From the human T2T-CHM13v2.0 reference genome, Homo sapiens: DNA of 64,000 bases. The notes below the pieces were generated by a model. That model did not search any database, was not told where the DNA came from, and saw only the letters and a program-made list of their open reading frames with translations. Location of the stretch: assembly GCF_009914755.1 (NCBI RefSeq), contig NC_060931.1; one strand, given 5' to 3'. A program made the translations under genes and the position numbers. This document shows, piece after piece, positions 48,226 through 63,912 of the stretch; position 1 is the stretch's first letter; every line of letters starts with the position of its first letter.

Positions 48226-49853
48226 TTGATGCTCGCCCCAGTGTGAGGGAGGGTTGGGGTGTCCTGATCAGGAGAGGAGGAAGTTCACCTGAGACACAGG
48301 TGAGTCCACAAATCAGCACCTGTATGTGAAAGATGCACTTCTCAGGGGAGTCTCAGCAGATACGACTGGGGGAAAAGACAGCAGAGAACAAATATTTAGC
48401 TCTAGTTGCTTGCAAACATTATTTTCGCCCAATACTTTTTTAAACACAAATATTCTTGACTTAAGAAAATGAAAAAGGGGTTAATAGGACTTTGCTGTAC
48501 AAGACTAAACCTGTCCTATGGGCTGACCTGAATTAATATAAATAGTAGATCATAGTGTCTTGATACTTTATTTCTATCCCAGGTTATTTTGAAGCCATTT
48601 AAGCGCAGAAATATGAAACCACGCTAAGATTCTGAAGAAGCAACTGTTTCCCCAACATTTTTCTCCAGAAATTCCAAATGTCTCTGGGGGGCATTCCCAT
48701 AAGGTGGGTTTACACTTAATAATTCAGTTGAAAATGCAGCCTTTATTTTAAATCTTTGTGATCTATCTTCCTTTTTAAGCTTTTAAATCTGTTCTCAGTC
48801 AACTGGTTTTGAAGGCAGAGAAACAAGTTTACACTGGAATTCATGTACAGTTAATGATCTCTGTACTGCTCACTGGGTGATGTTTTCACATACTTTCAAG
48901 TCTAGGGGAAAAACATGCTAATGAACATTATCATAAGTTACCAAAAGGTGAAAGTTCTTTTCTAGAACTAGATGTTTAAAGGCCACTGCCAAACTGCCCC
49001 GTTGATTTCTCCATGTGGCTTATTAATGACAGAAAACCAAATGACCAACTATTAAATTTTTATCAACTCACTAAGTCATATGGTACAAGCCCATTAGCCT
49101 CATACTTTTCTTTCCCTCGTTCCTTTTTTGTTTCTTGTGGTGTGTATGGTGGCGAATCTCACTGTGTTCGGGATAGAACTCTGGGTGGCCATCAGTGAAG
49201 TATGAGGAAGAAATGGTAGCAATGAGGGTCTCACACACAAGATTGGAGGTGGAGGCCCCCAGCGCCCAAGGAGGGCAGACATCAAGCCCCTATAACTGGC
49301 TGTCTCTGTGGCAGCCAGGCCAGGGAGTCCACCGCAGCAGCCAGGAGAGGCAGGGAAGTGGCTGGGGAGCCATCTCCCTCAAGTCAAGTGCACTGTCCCA
49401 GAAAACTGCAGACAGTGGAAGGACAGAGCACTCCCAGCTGTCAGGAAGGGGCTCTTGACCCTTAATTGGGGACAAACTCAGAAACGTTCACCCAGGATTC
49501 GGAGGTTGGTATGAGGACTGAGAGCATTGGCTGCAGGTGCACTGTGGGTCTAGCTTTTCCCCTTTCTCTAAATGATGCTGTGGGTGATATTCTCGACAGC
49601 AGCACCCTGCCCTCTTAACCAGAGAGCCTCACCCCTGAAAGACAGATTGAAGTGTATCTTGTTAACATAAACACAGAGTATATGGGAGTGTTACACCTTT
49701 TCTAATGATTGCACATAAGAAGTTAAAGACTTTTTTTTTTCCTCCAGAACTCTTAGATATTATTAATTAGATCTCATTCTGCTTATTGAAAGTCTGGATG
49801 GAGACCCGTATTCACTTTAAGAGGACTGACTACCTGGGGGTGTTGTATGACTA

Positions 49854-50185
<332 letters not shown>

Positions 50186-50917
50186 CCAGTTACACATTTT
50201 ACTGAATAGAACCTAGGGACTCAATGCCAGCCAGCTATGTTGACCCCTTTTCTGTGTAAAATTTTATGATGATGCTGTGTGTATTTAGTGAAAGAAACCC
50301 CACTGTCCCAGGGGCGACTGATCTGACCCCACCTTGGGTGTGTGCAGAGAATATCATGTCTGTCTAGACTGGGCTTGGAGACCCCCTCTGCAGGCCAGCT
50401 TTGCAGTACCCTGTACTGCAACAGAGCACTCCCAACTTAGGAGAGGGATGGGTGAGCGGATCTAGCAGCCGCTCAGGCTGAGCTGGGACCCCGATGACCA
50501 GTTAGTTTTCCATGAAGTCTCTTGTCTATAGCGATTTCTCTTCTGGCAAGTTGAAATCAGGCCTAAAATTATTAGAGGAAAGAGTAGAAAAGCTTGATGT
50601 ATACATTCAGCTTTCTGCTGGTCTCCACTCCTGTCTGCTCTGCGCATCTGTCCCTGGAGAGGCAGCCTGTCCTTCGAACAGTGGGTCCCCTCTGCTGTGG
50701 TGCTGATAGGCCTGAAGGGCAGCTGCCTCTGCCCCTGCCCTTCCTCTGTGCAGAACTTGGGGTCTCCAGCTGGGAGGAGTTCATCTCCAGCACCAGGCTC
50801 TGTGCGTCCCCTGCTCCTGGCTTTTCTGTGTGCCCAGAGACTGTCAGGGCTAAAGGGATCTGTCTTTTTGTCCCACTTACCTCATCTCTGACTTATAGTA
50901 CAGCTTTTAAGTTTCAC

Positions 50918-51145
50918 TTTCTTTTTTTTCTTTTGAGATGGAGTCTCCCTCTGCCGCCCAGGCTGGAGTGCAGTGGCACGATCTCAGCTCACTGCAAGTC
51001 CACTTCCCGGGTTCAAGCAATTCTCCTGCCTCAGCCTCCCAAGTAGCTACAGGCGTGCACCATCACGCCTGGCTAATTTTTGTATTTTTAGTAGCTACAG
51101 GGTTTCACCATGTTGGCCAGGCTGGTCTCGAACTCCTAACCTCAA
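50918..51145 (-). mobile_element. AluS, truncated
   Basis: Alu consensus ending at ctcctaacctca. Confidence 0.88.
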
Positions 51146-51321
51146 ATAAATTGCTCATATTTACCTGGGAATATTTTATGAATTTATGAGCAAATAGAAA
51201 TGTAGGTACTTTTCCCCCCTTATTGTCCATTTTCTACTTTACAGTATACTTGGTGTATTATTCTACTCACTTATAAAAAGCATCCTCAATCAATATTTTT
51301 ATTTTTTTCTTTCTTGCTTGC

Positions 51322-51464
51322 TTTTTTTTTTTTTTTTTTTAATTTAAAGAGAAGAGGTCTCCCAATGTTGCCCAAGCTGGACTCTAACTCCTGGGCTCAA
51401 GCGATCCTCCCACCTCAGCATCTACAGTAGCTGGGATTACAGGTGTGGGCCACCATGTCTGGCC
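51322..51464 (-). mobile_element. FLAM/Alu left monomer
   Basis: ctcctgggctcaagcgatcctcccacctcagc...gctgggattacagg. Confidence 0.82.
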
Positions 51465-51954
51465 ACTTTTCTTTATAATGGCTGTAGTTTTCCTCTCTTT
51501 CTGTTGTAGTGTGTCTACTAGGAAGCTTTTAGAAAAATCAAAACAGGATGGGCAAAATAGGCTCAAGTGTAAGGAAGGGAGGTCTGCATTTGGGGAATAT
51601 TTCCAGCGGGCTTTGATTGCTGTTATTGTTGTTTCCATGGAAGGTGGGTTTTGTTGATTTTATGGCTTTCACGGCTCTCCAGGGCTCCCAGCAGCCGCCT
51701 GGCACAGCACAGCCTTGCAGAGCCCAGGCGTGGGTGGGACAGATCAGGTTTGCATCCTGGCTCCTCCACGTCCCAGGTACTTGATCTCTGTCTAAGTTAC
51801 CCATCTAGTCTGTCTTCCCACTTGTAGAATGGGGTTAATAACAACAAATAATTTAAATGTGACTTTCAGGGCACTCTCAAGGGTAGCATTTGTGCACAGA
51901 AAACACTACTCAGAAGTTTATAAGTTAATATTCCATTTATTAAATTAGCACATT

Positions 51955-52317
51955 TGTATTAGTCTGTTTTCATGCTGCTGATAAAGACATACCTGAGACT
52001 GGGTAATTTATAAAGAGAAAGAGGTTTAATGGACTCACAGTTCCACGTGGCTGGGGAGGCCTCACAATCATGGTAGAGGGTGAAAGGCACATCTTACATG
52101 GTGGCAGGCAAGAGAGAATGAGAACCAAGTGAAAGGGGTTTCCCCTTATAAAACCATCAGATCTCGTGAGACTTATTCACTACCACGAGAACAGTATGGG
52201 GGAACCGCCCCCTTGATTCAAATATCTCCCACTGGGTCCCTCCCACAACATGTGGGAATTATGGGAGCTACAATTCAAGACAAGATTTGGGTGGGGGCAC
52301 ATCCAAACCATATCAAC
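51955..52317 (-). mobile_element. THE1 solo LTR
   Basis: tgtattagtctgttttcatgctgctgataaagacatacctgagactggg...atttgggtggggg...aaaccatatca. Confidence 0.9.
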
Positions 52318-52679
52318 ATTAAAGCTAGCTCTTACTTTTAGTTTTCACTTAATCTTAAATTTAAAAAAAAAATAGAGACAGGGTCTCACTATGTTGCCCA
52401 GGCTGGTCTCAAACTCCTGGCCTCAGGTGATTCTCCAACCTCTACTGTATCTAAATCCATTTTGGAAATCACATTCTCTCCGCATTCTAACATTTAAGCA
52501 TTCCCCGCATGTAATGGCCAGGTCCTCACCTTTTACCCTAAAGTGGAACTGGCCAGTCAGGAAGTCCTGCATGCTTACACGGAGTGGCTGCCAGTGCCAC
52601 ACAGCCTGTGCAGCTCCTGACAGACAACTGACAATCAGCAGGCACTCAGAGAGCTAGCGGTGAGACAGTGAGGCCGAGA

Positions 52680-54250
52680 TAAACAAGCAAAAAATATCCA
52701 GCAGAGAAGTAATTCCAAGAATAGATGGCATCTTTGGAAAACAAAGCTCAATATTAACTCGTATCCTCACACTTGTGTGGAAATATTGCATCTATGCCAT
52801 AAGAATGGCATACTGAGGAAGGACAGCTAGCATGAGAAAGAGCTCTTAGAAATTAAGATTCTTGAAACTATAAACTTACAGAAGGATTGGAAGGAATGGA
52901 AAATGACATCAAGTCTCCCAGGAAGGAGAACAGAAAGAAGGAAAATGAGATTAAAAGAAAGCTTTATAGATGGTGAATCCACGAATTTGCACTCCAGGAA
53001 GCGGGAACTAAAAACCGCAGTAAACCATCAGAAATGACAAAGAAATTTCCAGAGTTTAACTAGCACAACCTTCAGAATGAAAGGGCCAAGGAGGGCCAAA
53101 AATACGTCAATACTGAGTTATACAAACATAATCCTCATAAAATTAGAGCCCCAAACATAAGAACGATCCCAACATTTTCCAGAGCAGAAATAACATTTAA
53201 GAAACAAACATCGGGCTGTCATTCAATTTCTCAGTTGCACCACTGGATCCTGGAAGACTGGGAAGCAGTTCCTTAAACCCTTAGGAGAATCTGTTTTAAT
53301 CTGAAATGAGTTTGGCTACATAAGGAAGTTAAATGTGAAAACAGAAGAAATAATCTTGAAACAAAATCAAAGTTTATTTCTCTTATATTCAAATACCTTG
53401 GGAGGCTATCTGTTGAACAAAACAAGGAAAAATAAGAACTCCTCTATTGGAATAAAGGGTGGATCCAATCTAAAAGGAAGCCGTGAAGGGGGGTTGCAGG
53501 ATAATGTTATGGAGAGTGACAAGAAATCAGTAAGTCCATGTGGGAACAGTATGACTTCACGTTTCTATTAGAAAGAGTGGGGAGGGTTATGCAGATGGTG
53601 GGATCCTGAGCAGGTTGGAAGGATTTAAAGATGAGACTAAAAGAACACAAAGGAAGGGGGAAACTCCATCAGACTCCAGGAAAAATAAAACTGTTAATAC
53701 AATCACAGTTTACTGTTTGATCTGGCGTGGAACAGTACTTTCTTGTACTCAGGATGCAAACTCAACTTACTGATTTTCAGCTTTTAGAATCAACTAACAG
53801 GCAGCAGAGAGAAGACCATGATGGCTGCAGAATTGAATGTGACCTGCCAACCTTAACAACTCTGGTAAGGAGGAAGGGGAGGAAGATGTAAGACAGAGTA
53901 TGACAACCCTCATGCTTCTGTACAAGAGGCTAGAGAGACATCATCTGTAGTTGGTAACCTAAGAGTTAGGCATCCAATAAGGAGCTAACAGTGAACCAAA
54001 TTCTCATCCTTGATGAGAAGGAAGTCTGTAAATGTGAAATGGAGCAATGGAGAAATAATAAAAGCCGGTCCATAGAGATGAAGACAAAACACTCATGGGG
54101 TTGGGGGCGGGGCAGCTCACAGCTCGTAATGGTTATTTCTGGGCCATAAAGCCAGAGCTGGGGAGAAGTGGAGGAGCATAGATTTTTATCAAAAGCAACT
54201 ATCTATTTGAATTTTGAATCATGTACACTGATACTTAAATTTTAAAAAGT
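52680..54250 (+). mobile_element. Ancient L1M/HAL1-like relic
   Basis: A-rich, ORF1-like remnants (agaaatttccagag, ttcagaatgaaagggcc); heavily decayed. Confidence 0.4.
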
Positions 54251-54369
54251 CAAAAAAGAGTTTCAGCATCTCATCACTTTTGTGCTTCTTCCAATCCTTA
54301 GAGCAAACGTTGGGGAGGGACTGGAGACAGTTATTAGACCTGCTACTTCCACTTTCTCACCTGGGGGCC

Positions 54370-54570
54370 AGGAGTTAGCAAGCTGGGTGGCTTGTTGTCG
54401 GGGCCAGGAATGAGCTGTGAGCTGAGCATGGTTTTTACGTTTGAAAATGTTTCCATTTTAAATGGTACTATAGGGAATTACCCAGTAGACTCAGTTTTGC
54501 CCTCCTGGCACTCAAAGCCTTAAATAGTTACTATCTGTCCCTTTTTAAGAAGTTTGCCAACCGTTGGTCT
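54370..54570. mobile_element. hAT-Charlie MITE (MER33/MER58-like)
   Basis: gtgagctgagcatggtttttacgttt...aaagccttaaatagttactatctgtccc...aagtttgccaacc. Confidence 0.6.
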
Positions 54571-54609
54571 AGAGGCTCACCCTAGAGATTATTATATGAA
54601 TGTGTTTTG

Positions 54610-54953
54610 GAGATGGCACATGCGATGATGTGGAGGGCAGGCTTTGGGAGAGATGTTTAGGAGATGGTGCATGGTGATGTGGAGGGCAGGCTTTGGGAGA
54701 GATGTTTAGGAGATGGTGCATGGTGATGTGGAGGGCAGGCTTTGGGAGAGATGTTTAGCAGATGGTACATGCGGTGATGTGGAGGGCAGGCTTTGGGAGA
54801 GATGTTTAGGAGATGGTGCATGGTGATGTGGAGGGCAGGCTTTGGGAGAGATTTTTAGGAGATGGTACATGCGGTGATGTGGAGGGCAGGCTTTGGGAGA
54901 GATGTTTAGGAGATGGTGCATGGTGATGTGGAGGGCAGGCTTTGGGAGAGATG
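54610..54953. repeat. VNTR, 49/51-bp units, ~7 copies
   Basis: GAGATGGTGCATGGTGATGTGGAGGGCAGGCTTTGGGAGAGATGTTTAG at 54610, 54661, 54710, 54759, 54810, 54859, 54910. Confidence 0.95.
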
Positions 54954-55846
54954 GGAAGGGCATGGACCTGCTGGCTACAGACAGTCATTTCTCACTGCAG
55001 CCGCAGGTCATTCGAATTCATGATGAAGCTGAAGACCATGAATATGAAGAGTTCAGTGTAGTTGCTGGCATGGGCAAATCCTCAACTGTGTCCTCAGGCT
55101 GCAGTACCCTCTGGTGGAGACCCTTCCCTTGGGGATGGAGAATTGGACCCTCTAGCAAGAGCCAGCAGGCCCTAGGAGTCAGATGGGCACCAACACGACT
55201 GGGCTCACTTGTCATCATGAAGTGGCAGCTGTGAGACTTGGGACAACCAAAAGTGCCAAGGATTTGGGGCTGTTTCTGGGACCTGGTTAGGTAGGGGCTA
55301 AGGTGTAGACTTGAGACCAGCAGTGGCAGAAGGGAGGGGCTTCCAGCAACTGGAGTTCACAGTAGACACAGGGATGCCCCAACTAACAGAGGGGCAGGTG
55401 GCTGTCACCAATGGTGATCACTGTGGAGCCACTGCAGCAACGAGCTGCAGCCGCTCAGAGGCTGTGCAGTGAGAATGGCAATGTACCAGAAGAGCTCCAT
55501 CCAGAAGAAGGAAAGAGTGAAAAGCCACCTTTCCATTCTATTTGTGAACCTGTGGTTTAAAACTGCTGGTTTAAAACACCATCTGCTACAAACCTGGACA
55601 GGTTGGAACTCAGGGGAGTGGCCATAAATGCATCTTAGTCTTCAAAAGCTGTAGATTGTTTTGTAAATCCGTGTTGTTTTTCTTCCTGGATGCAGTGATT
55701 TCACCTAAAGAAAGTTTTTCCTGGGAGAAAAGGAAGCAGTGAACTGACTGCACCAGGTGAACGTGTACAGTGACAATCTAGGGCTTTCCATGTGGCTATT
55801 ATCTGAGGGCTCTGGCCTCCCTTAAATATTTACACTGTTCAGCTTG

Positions 55847-56440
55847 TGAAACTGCCCCTATACATTTTACAAAATTAATCAGAGAAAAAGGAAGGGGAAG
55901 AAATGAAAATAAGCCAAGCTTGGAGCACACTCAGTATCCATCATGAAGTCAGCAGGCTCCCTGAGCCCCTTCCTCATAGCTGTTTGGTGCCTATTGCCCC
56001 AGAATCACATAGACTCTGTCACAGATTATCATTCCCCTTAATTGCTCTATACATAACATCTTGAACATTATAAAACATTAAGGCTTGCCTTTGAGATATT
56101 CTTTCAGATCCTGCATACCAGTGAAACTACTGAGACCAGCTGCCGTGAAGGACTCCACAAGGAGCTGACTCATCCAAGAATGCAACTTCCACATCCCGAT
56201 GACTTCATCCCCCGTACCCTGACCAATCAACGAACCCACTTTTCCAACTCCTCGCCCTCCATGATCCCTTTAAAACCCCCCAGCCAGAACTCCTCAGGGA
56301 GACAAATTTGAGGGTCTTCTCCCATCTCCTCATCTGGCCACCCTGCAATCACTATACTCTTTCTCTGCTGTAAACCCTACTGTCTTGGTGTATTGGCTGT
56401 TACTGTGCAGCAGGGGTATGGACCTGGCAGTCCTGTAATA
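55847..56440 (+). mobile_element. ERV1 solo LTR (LTR26-like)
   Basis: tgaaactgcccctatacattttacaaaattaatcag...tgtttggtgcctattgccccagaatcac. Confidence 0.7.
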
Positions 56441-57087
56441 CTTGAAGTTACTCTTGAGCAAACCTGGAAATTGTCAATAGTAGTGTTGAAGCTAATGTCT
56501 GGACGCTATGGGACAGCACATTCGATTTTTTGTTTGATGCAACTAATACAAACATAGAGTAAATTCAGTATTAATGTGATTTTAGAGTCTCTTTCTTTTG
56601 TGTACAAAGTAGAAATTACTTTCTTTTTTGCCTTTTCAGCTACAGTGGTTTTTATGGAAAGAAGAATTTCCAGAGCGTTTCTTAGAAAAGAGAGAAGAAT
56701 GAATTTCTCTGAATTTGAAGACACCTCCAAACCCATCATCCCTCCTTACTGACCTCAATTCCATCAGATGCCTGTTTCTGAACCAATCGTTAGCCTGTAG
56801 GGGGTTGAGACTAATCAGCCTCCCGCCAGGTGAGGTCAGCTGCTCCCAAGGCAGGAGCCAGATACCTGGTCTGGCTGAGGCCTGTTAGTAGGCAGGAAGT
56901 AGGGCCTGTATCCATGAGCAACCAACAATTCTCTTGCCACCTCTAGGCTCAGCTACTCCTCAGGTGAGCAAAAGTGGTTCCTGAACACAGCAGAAAAGCT
57001 ACCAGGGAAAGGGGCTTCTTCAGTAAAGTTAAAATTTCAGTCGCAATTTGATTTGGCTGTTCCCTTGTCAATTAACTGATTTTATAA

Positions 57088-57413
<326 letters not shown>

Positions 57414-57649
57414 AAAAATTGGCCTCTTTTCTGTGTTGGAAATAATGGGATAAAATTAGAAATAACTTTGCAGGGTGCTTTAACATGGCAAGAACTGGAT
57501 ATATCCTCGGGTTGGGTGAAGAGGAGCTTCTTAGTGATGTTAATTGGCTATGTAAGATTCCACAGTTCAAGGCAACCAGAATGTAAAAGCACAATTCTTA
57601 AATTGTTTGAAAAAAAAAATGCAACCAGTTCTTGTTATTTGTGATGGGT

Positions 57650-58947
<1,298 letters not shown>

Positions 58948-59744
58948 TTATGTGAAATAAGCACATGCCCAATTTTTACTTCACTCTGAAAAAGCAGAGT
59001 CAAGAAAGCTGGTTCACAAAGAATTTGAGAAACTGGGTCTGCATGGTGAGACTAGGAATGCTAATGGAAGGTTGCTAAAAACCACCAGAAGGCAAGGAAG
59101 CTGTAACCTTGGGGTTATCTCACCTCAAAGGGACAAAGCAAAGATAGCAACAGAGACTTCTTAAGCTGAACACATTCCTCACGGGAAGCTCCGTTAAGCC
59201 TCCACAATGGCTTTCAAAGACAGTGCCCTGAACTTACAAACAGCCAGGTCCTCTTACCAAAAGCTACATGACAAAACGATCAGCCTGAGTTGCATATGCC
59301 ATGGCCAAGGACTCCCTGCTGGGAAACGTCACTGTTTCTCACACAGATTTAGAGACATCTAAACAAGTTCTGGTTGATTGCATGAAGAGGACACCATGAA
59401 AGTGGTTAATGCCGTTCTAGAAACAAAGCAAATGAGTTTCAATCCTATGGCTCTGTGAAAAGAGTCTCTGATTTCAGGACTATAAATACATTTTCTCAAT
59501 GAATAAACTTCATGGTCCCATTTCTTGGTGTTTTGACCCTGATTTACATTGTGCACACAAATAAAAATTGGATTTTTATATTTCCTTTCTCCTCTTTTAA
59601 AAACATAAGATTTTGATTTAAAACTGTTTCAGTTACAATTGATAAAATTCAGCTAAAATCAGATTAAACAACAGGAACTTATTGGCTCATGAAGGGAAAA
59701 ATAAGGGTGTAGATACCCTCAGGCATGACTGGTTTCTCTTCTTG

Positions 59745-60260
59745 TTTTTAATAACCTTTTTATTTCAGACTAGATTCAGATTTGGAAAAAAGTTGCAAAG
59801 ATCATACAGAAAGTTCCCATCTACACTGCACCTGGTTTCTCTTATTAGCATAGTAGTTAGTATGACTTATCACAGTTAATAAGCTGGTATTGACACAGTG
59901 TGATTAGCAAAAGCCCACACTTTACTCAGATTTCCCTGTCTTTACCTAATGTCCCTTTTCTGTCTCAGGATCCTATGCAGGATTCCACGTCACCTTTACT
60001 TGTCAGGCCTCCTTAGCTCCTGGTGGCTGTGGCAGTTCCCTTTGTTTCCTGGTTTTGATGACCTGGACAGTTTTGAGGAGGGCTGGTCGAGCATTTCGTA
60101 GCGTATCCCTCGATTGAGACTGTCGGATATTTTTCTCATGATTGGACTAGGGCTGTGGGTTTGGGGGAAGAAGACTACAGAAACAGTGCCATTTCCTCAC
60201 CCCTTGATTGCTTGGCTGAGGTTGCCAGATTTCTCCACCGTAAAGTTACTTTTTTTTTTT
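59745..60260 (-). mobile_element. L1M (L1MC-like) 3' fragment
   Basis: aaaagttgcaaagat...aatgtcccttttctgtctcaggatcc...ctccaccgtaaagttact. Confidence 0.6.
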
Positions 60261-60285
60261 TTAAAGGTGTGCAAATTAAATGAGT

Positions 60286-60678
60286 GGTTTCTCATAGTCA
60301 AACAACCGGTTTCTAATAGTCAAACAACCGGTTTCTCATAGTCAAACAACCGGCTTCTCATAGCCAAACAACCGGTTTCTCATAGCCAAACAACCGGTTT
60401 CTCATAGTCAAACAACTGGTTTCTCATAGTCAAACAACCGGTTTCTCATAGTCAAACAACCGGTTTCTCATAGCCAAACAACCGGTTTCTCATAGTCAAA
60501 CAACCGGTTTCTCATAGTCAAACAACCGGTTTCTCATAGTCAAACAAACGGTTTCTCATAGCCAAACAACCGGTTTCTCATAGTCAAACAACCGGTTTCT
60601 CATAGTCAAACAACCGGTTTCTCATAGTCAAACAACCGGTTTCTCATAGTCAAACAACCGGTTTCTAATAGTCAAACA
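60286..60678. repeat. VNTR, 22-bp unit GGTTTCTCATAGTCAAACAACC, ~18 copies
   Basis: Direct inspection; highly homogeneous. Confidence 0.97.
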
Positions 60679-61919
60679 CTTTCCTCTGGGCTGGCTTCAT
60701 TCTCATGCTCTCAGTGGCAAAGAGAGCTCCTAGTAGAAAACTCAATGAGAAAAGTGAAGAACATTTTTGTGATACATGTTTAAAACTGTCCTGGGGATGG
60801 TGTCGTTGGCCTGGCTGGGGTGACATGCTCATCCATGACCAGTCCCAGGGCCCAGGGGTGGAACCCCCTGGGTGAGGTGAGGTCACTGCTCACTGGTGAT
60901 GAGGAGAGTGGGCGGCACCACAAGAGCCCTGGACTGAGACGAGGCGGGTGATTCCCCACGGGAAACCAGGGGCTGTCCTGAAGGGAAGGAAGGGGGCATA
61001 GGAGGCAGATGAGTGGACGTCCACCCCAGGCATTGTCATGGGAAAGCTTGCCAAACACACGCATTGAGCAAGGTGGAAGGATCCAGGTTTTGGGAATGGA
61101 GCAGACCGGAGAAAAGGGATGCAAAATATCAAAATACAGATCTTTCAAGTGCGGGAGTCTCAGAAGAACTGCAGAGTGTTTCATGTGACATCACTGTGCC
61201 TTTTAAAAATGTGAATCGAAATGCCTTTAAATGGTCATGTGCTTCCCACATGGCCCTGAAGTCACTGTGTGCCACGGGATGACAGTGGGCTGCTCGTGAG
61301 ACCTCCACCTGCCCGGCTCCCAGCAGGGGTGTTTGCGACCCCTTCTCCAGCAAGGGGGAGCGCCTGAGCTTTGTTACTGGGAGATGCAGATGGCTTTGCC
61401 TTCACTGCAGCTCTCTGAGACCACAGTCAGATCCATGAAGGATTTTGATCAGCAAACGGGTCAGGTAAATGGGGTCTGAAGCTCCTCTGTGAAGGGATGA
61501 CCACTATGATACCTGCAACCCCATCACTGTCCCTTGTCCTGACCTCTCTGTACTGAAACAGTCCACATGGCCCTTGGGTCTGGAAGGGCTCAACCCATCA
61601 AGGGCTCAACCCATCCTGGCAAGGAAACAGGTGAGTTGAACTAAATTGAATATGTATCGGGCACTTCCTTCCTTGAGGGCTGGGCTCAGGTTTTATGCAA
61701 CTTCTGCGGTCTCCCAACTCATCACCCTGGCTTCACACAGGCCCCAGTAATTGACGCTGCCTGGTGCAGATCACAGCAGGTTGGTGGCACTACATGGTCC
61801 TGAAACAGACACAGGCACTTACGGCTGGGGTCTGTGATCAATCCAGCATTTTGGATCAGCAGGGACAACTGCTTATCAATTTAGAAAAAAGCAAATTAGA
61901 ACACGACCTCATATTTCAG

Positions 61920-61964
61920 ATATATATATGTGTGTGTATATATATATATATGTGTATATATATA

Positions 61965-62011
<47 letters not shown>
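61920..62011. repeat. (TA)/(TG) compound microsatellite
   Basis: Direct inspection. Confidence 0.95.
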
Positions 62012-62013
<2 letters not shown>

Positions 62014-63561
62014 AAGACTTTGCAAACATGAAATCAAAGGACAGAACCCATTACAAAATGGACAGGACCATACAAAATATAATTTTTATGTATTGAAGAG
62101 CACCATAAGCAAATTGAAGCTACCACTTAGGATCTCTAAGAGGTCTTTATACAGTCAGAAAATGAGCTCTCTCATACACAAATATCTTCCAGAGCTTGTT
62201 TGATTTCTCAATTTGAAAGGTAACAGTTCTTTTTGTGGTTTTAATTTTTTCTGATTACTATCGCATGATCATAAGTAATCCCTTTGAACCCTCTTCACCC
62301 ATTTGGCAGTAGATCGCCTCACCTCACACTGGCGTAGAGACCTTGGCAGACACGGCGGGGTGATGGTGCAGTCATAGCGTGGAGTGCCACACAGTCTCAG
62401 CCACTGGAAAGAAGGGGACTGATTTATAACTGGAAAGGATTTCCATGTTGTATTGTTATGCAAAAATAGCAGAGTGCACACAAAAATATGTCATACGATC
62501 TTCCATAAAACAAAGTACACAGCCCTTATGTGAACTCTCATGCCAATAATCCAGTATTCATGGATCTCTGTGTGACCCTGGGGTAGGGAGGGGGTGGCAC
62601 AACACACCCCAGACAGAGTTCATGGCCAACGTGAGGGGAAGAGCGGTGGAGGGAGTGGAGGGCGAAGGCTTTGAAGAGAGGAGAAAGGTGATTTTCATGA
62701 TAGATAAAACCCTGTGTATATTCAAGTGAAATTTTTAAAACTTGAAGAGACTGAGAATTGTAGATGTTTGAAAGGCAAGTCACCAAAATATTAATGATGG
62801 TTACCATTGGACATCGGCATTTTGATTCGTGATTTTTCTTTTTCTCTAGGGTATTTATAGGTATATAATCAGCATGTTTTATTGAACTGAAGATAAGGTT
62901 ACCTAGGGTTTGCAAATGTTTAACAAGGACAGGTAATTTTGCACACTAACAAAGAAAATACACATTTTTTAGAGGACAATTTAGAAATGTGCTTCCAAAC
63001 ATAAAATATGTGCATGTCCTTAGTAAGCAATTCAACCTGTTTATAGCTTTATTAAAACAGTAAAAATAAATAGAAAATAATACAAATATTCAGCAAACGG
63101 GGATTGATTAAATTATGACATTTTAAAAACACTATTAAGCTTTCAAACACATTATTTTTAGTTATATTTCTAACATTTTTTAAGATGGCAACTTTTGTTT
63201 AGAAACCAAATAACAAAATTGAATTAAAAAACCCAAAGTGGAATCCCAATACAGAAAACAGCTAAAAGTGGAGCTACACTGGCTGGGCTGCGGTGAGGCC
63301 CAGAGCCCTGTTATCCTGCCTCCCTCTGTGGCAGCCCCTAAGGAGCAAAACATGAAAGCAACTGACCAAGATGAGTGTTTATTGGCAGGATCTATCATGT
63401 AGAATGAAGATAATAAACATTATTATGCTCTTTTTGTAGGAAATACTCATATATTGAGTATTTTTACTTTAACAAGGATAAAAGTATATGTACAAGAAAA
63501 TTAGCAGTGGTTATTCCTATGGCCATTTAAAAATGTTAGAAGTTTGTATTTTCTACAATGA

Positions 63562-63880
<319 letters not shown>

Positions 63881-63912
63881 TTTTGTATGAATTTTTAAGT
63901 CCCCTAAAACCC

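Noticed and set aside
54985-55080. Acceptor-like tttctcactgcag followed by an acidic peptide (VIRIHDEAEDHEYEEF)
   Set aside because: No recognisable homology, partner exon or donor support; may be chance
60286-60678. CRISPR-like array
   Set aside because: Head-to-tail units with no unique spacers; eukaryotic DNA
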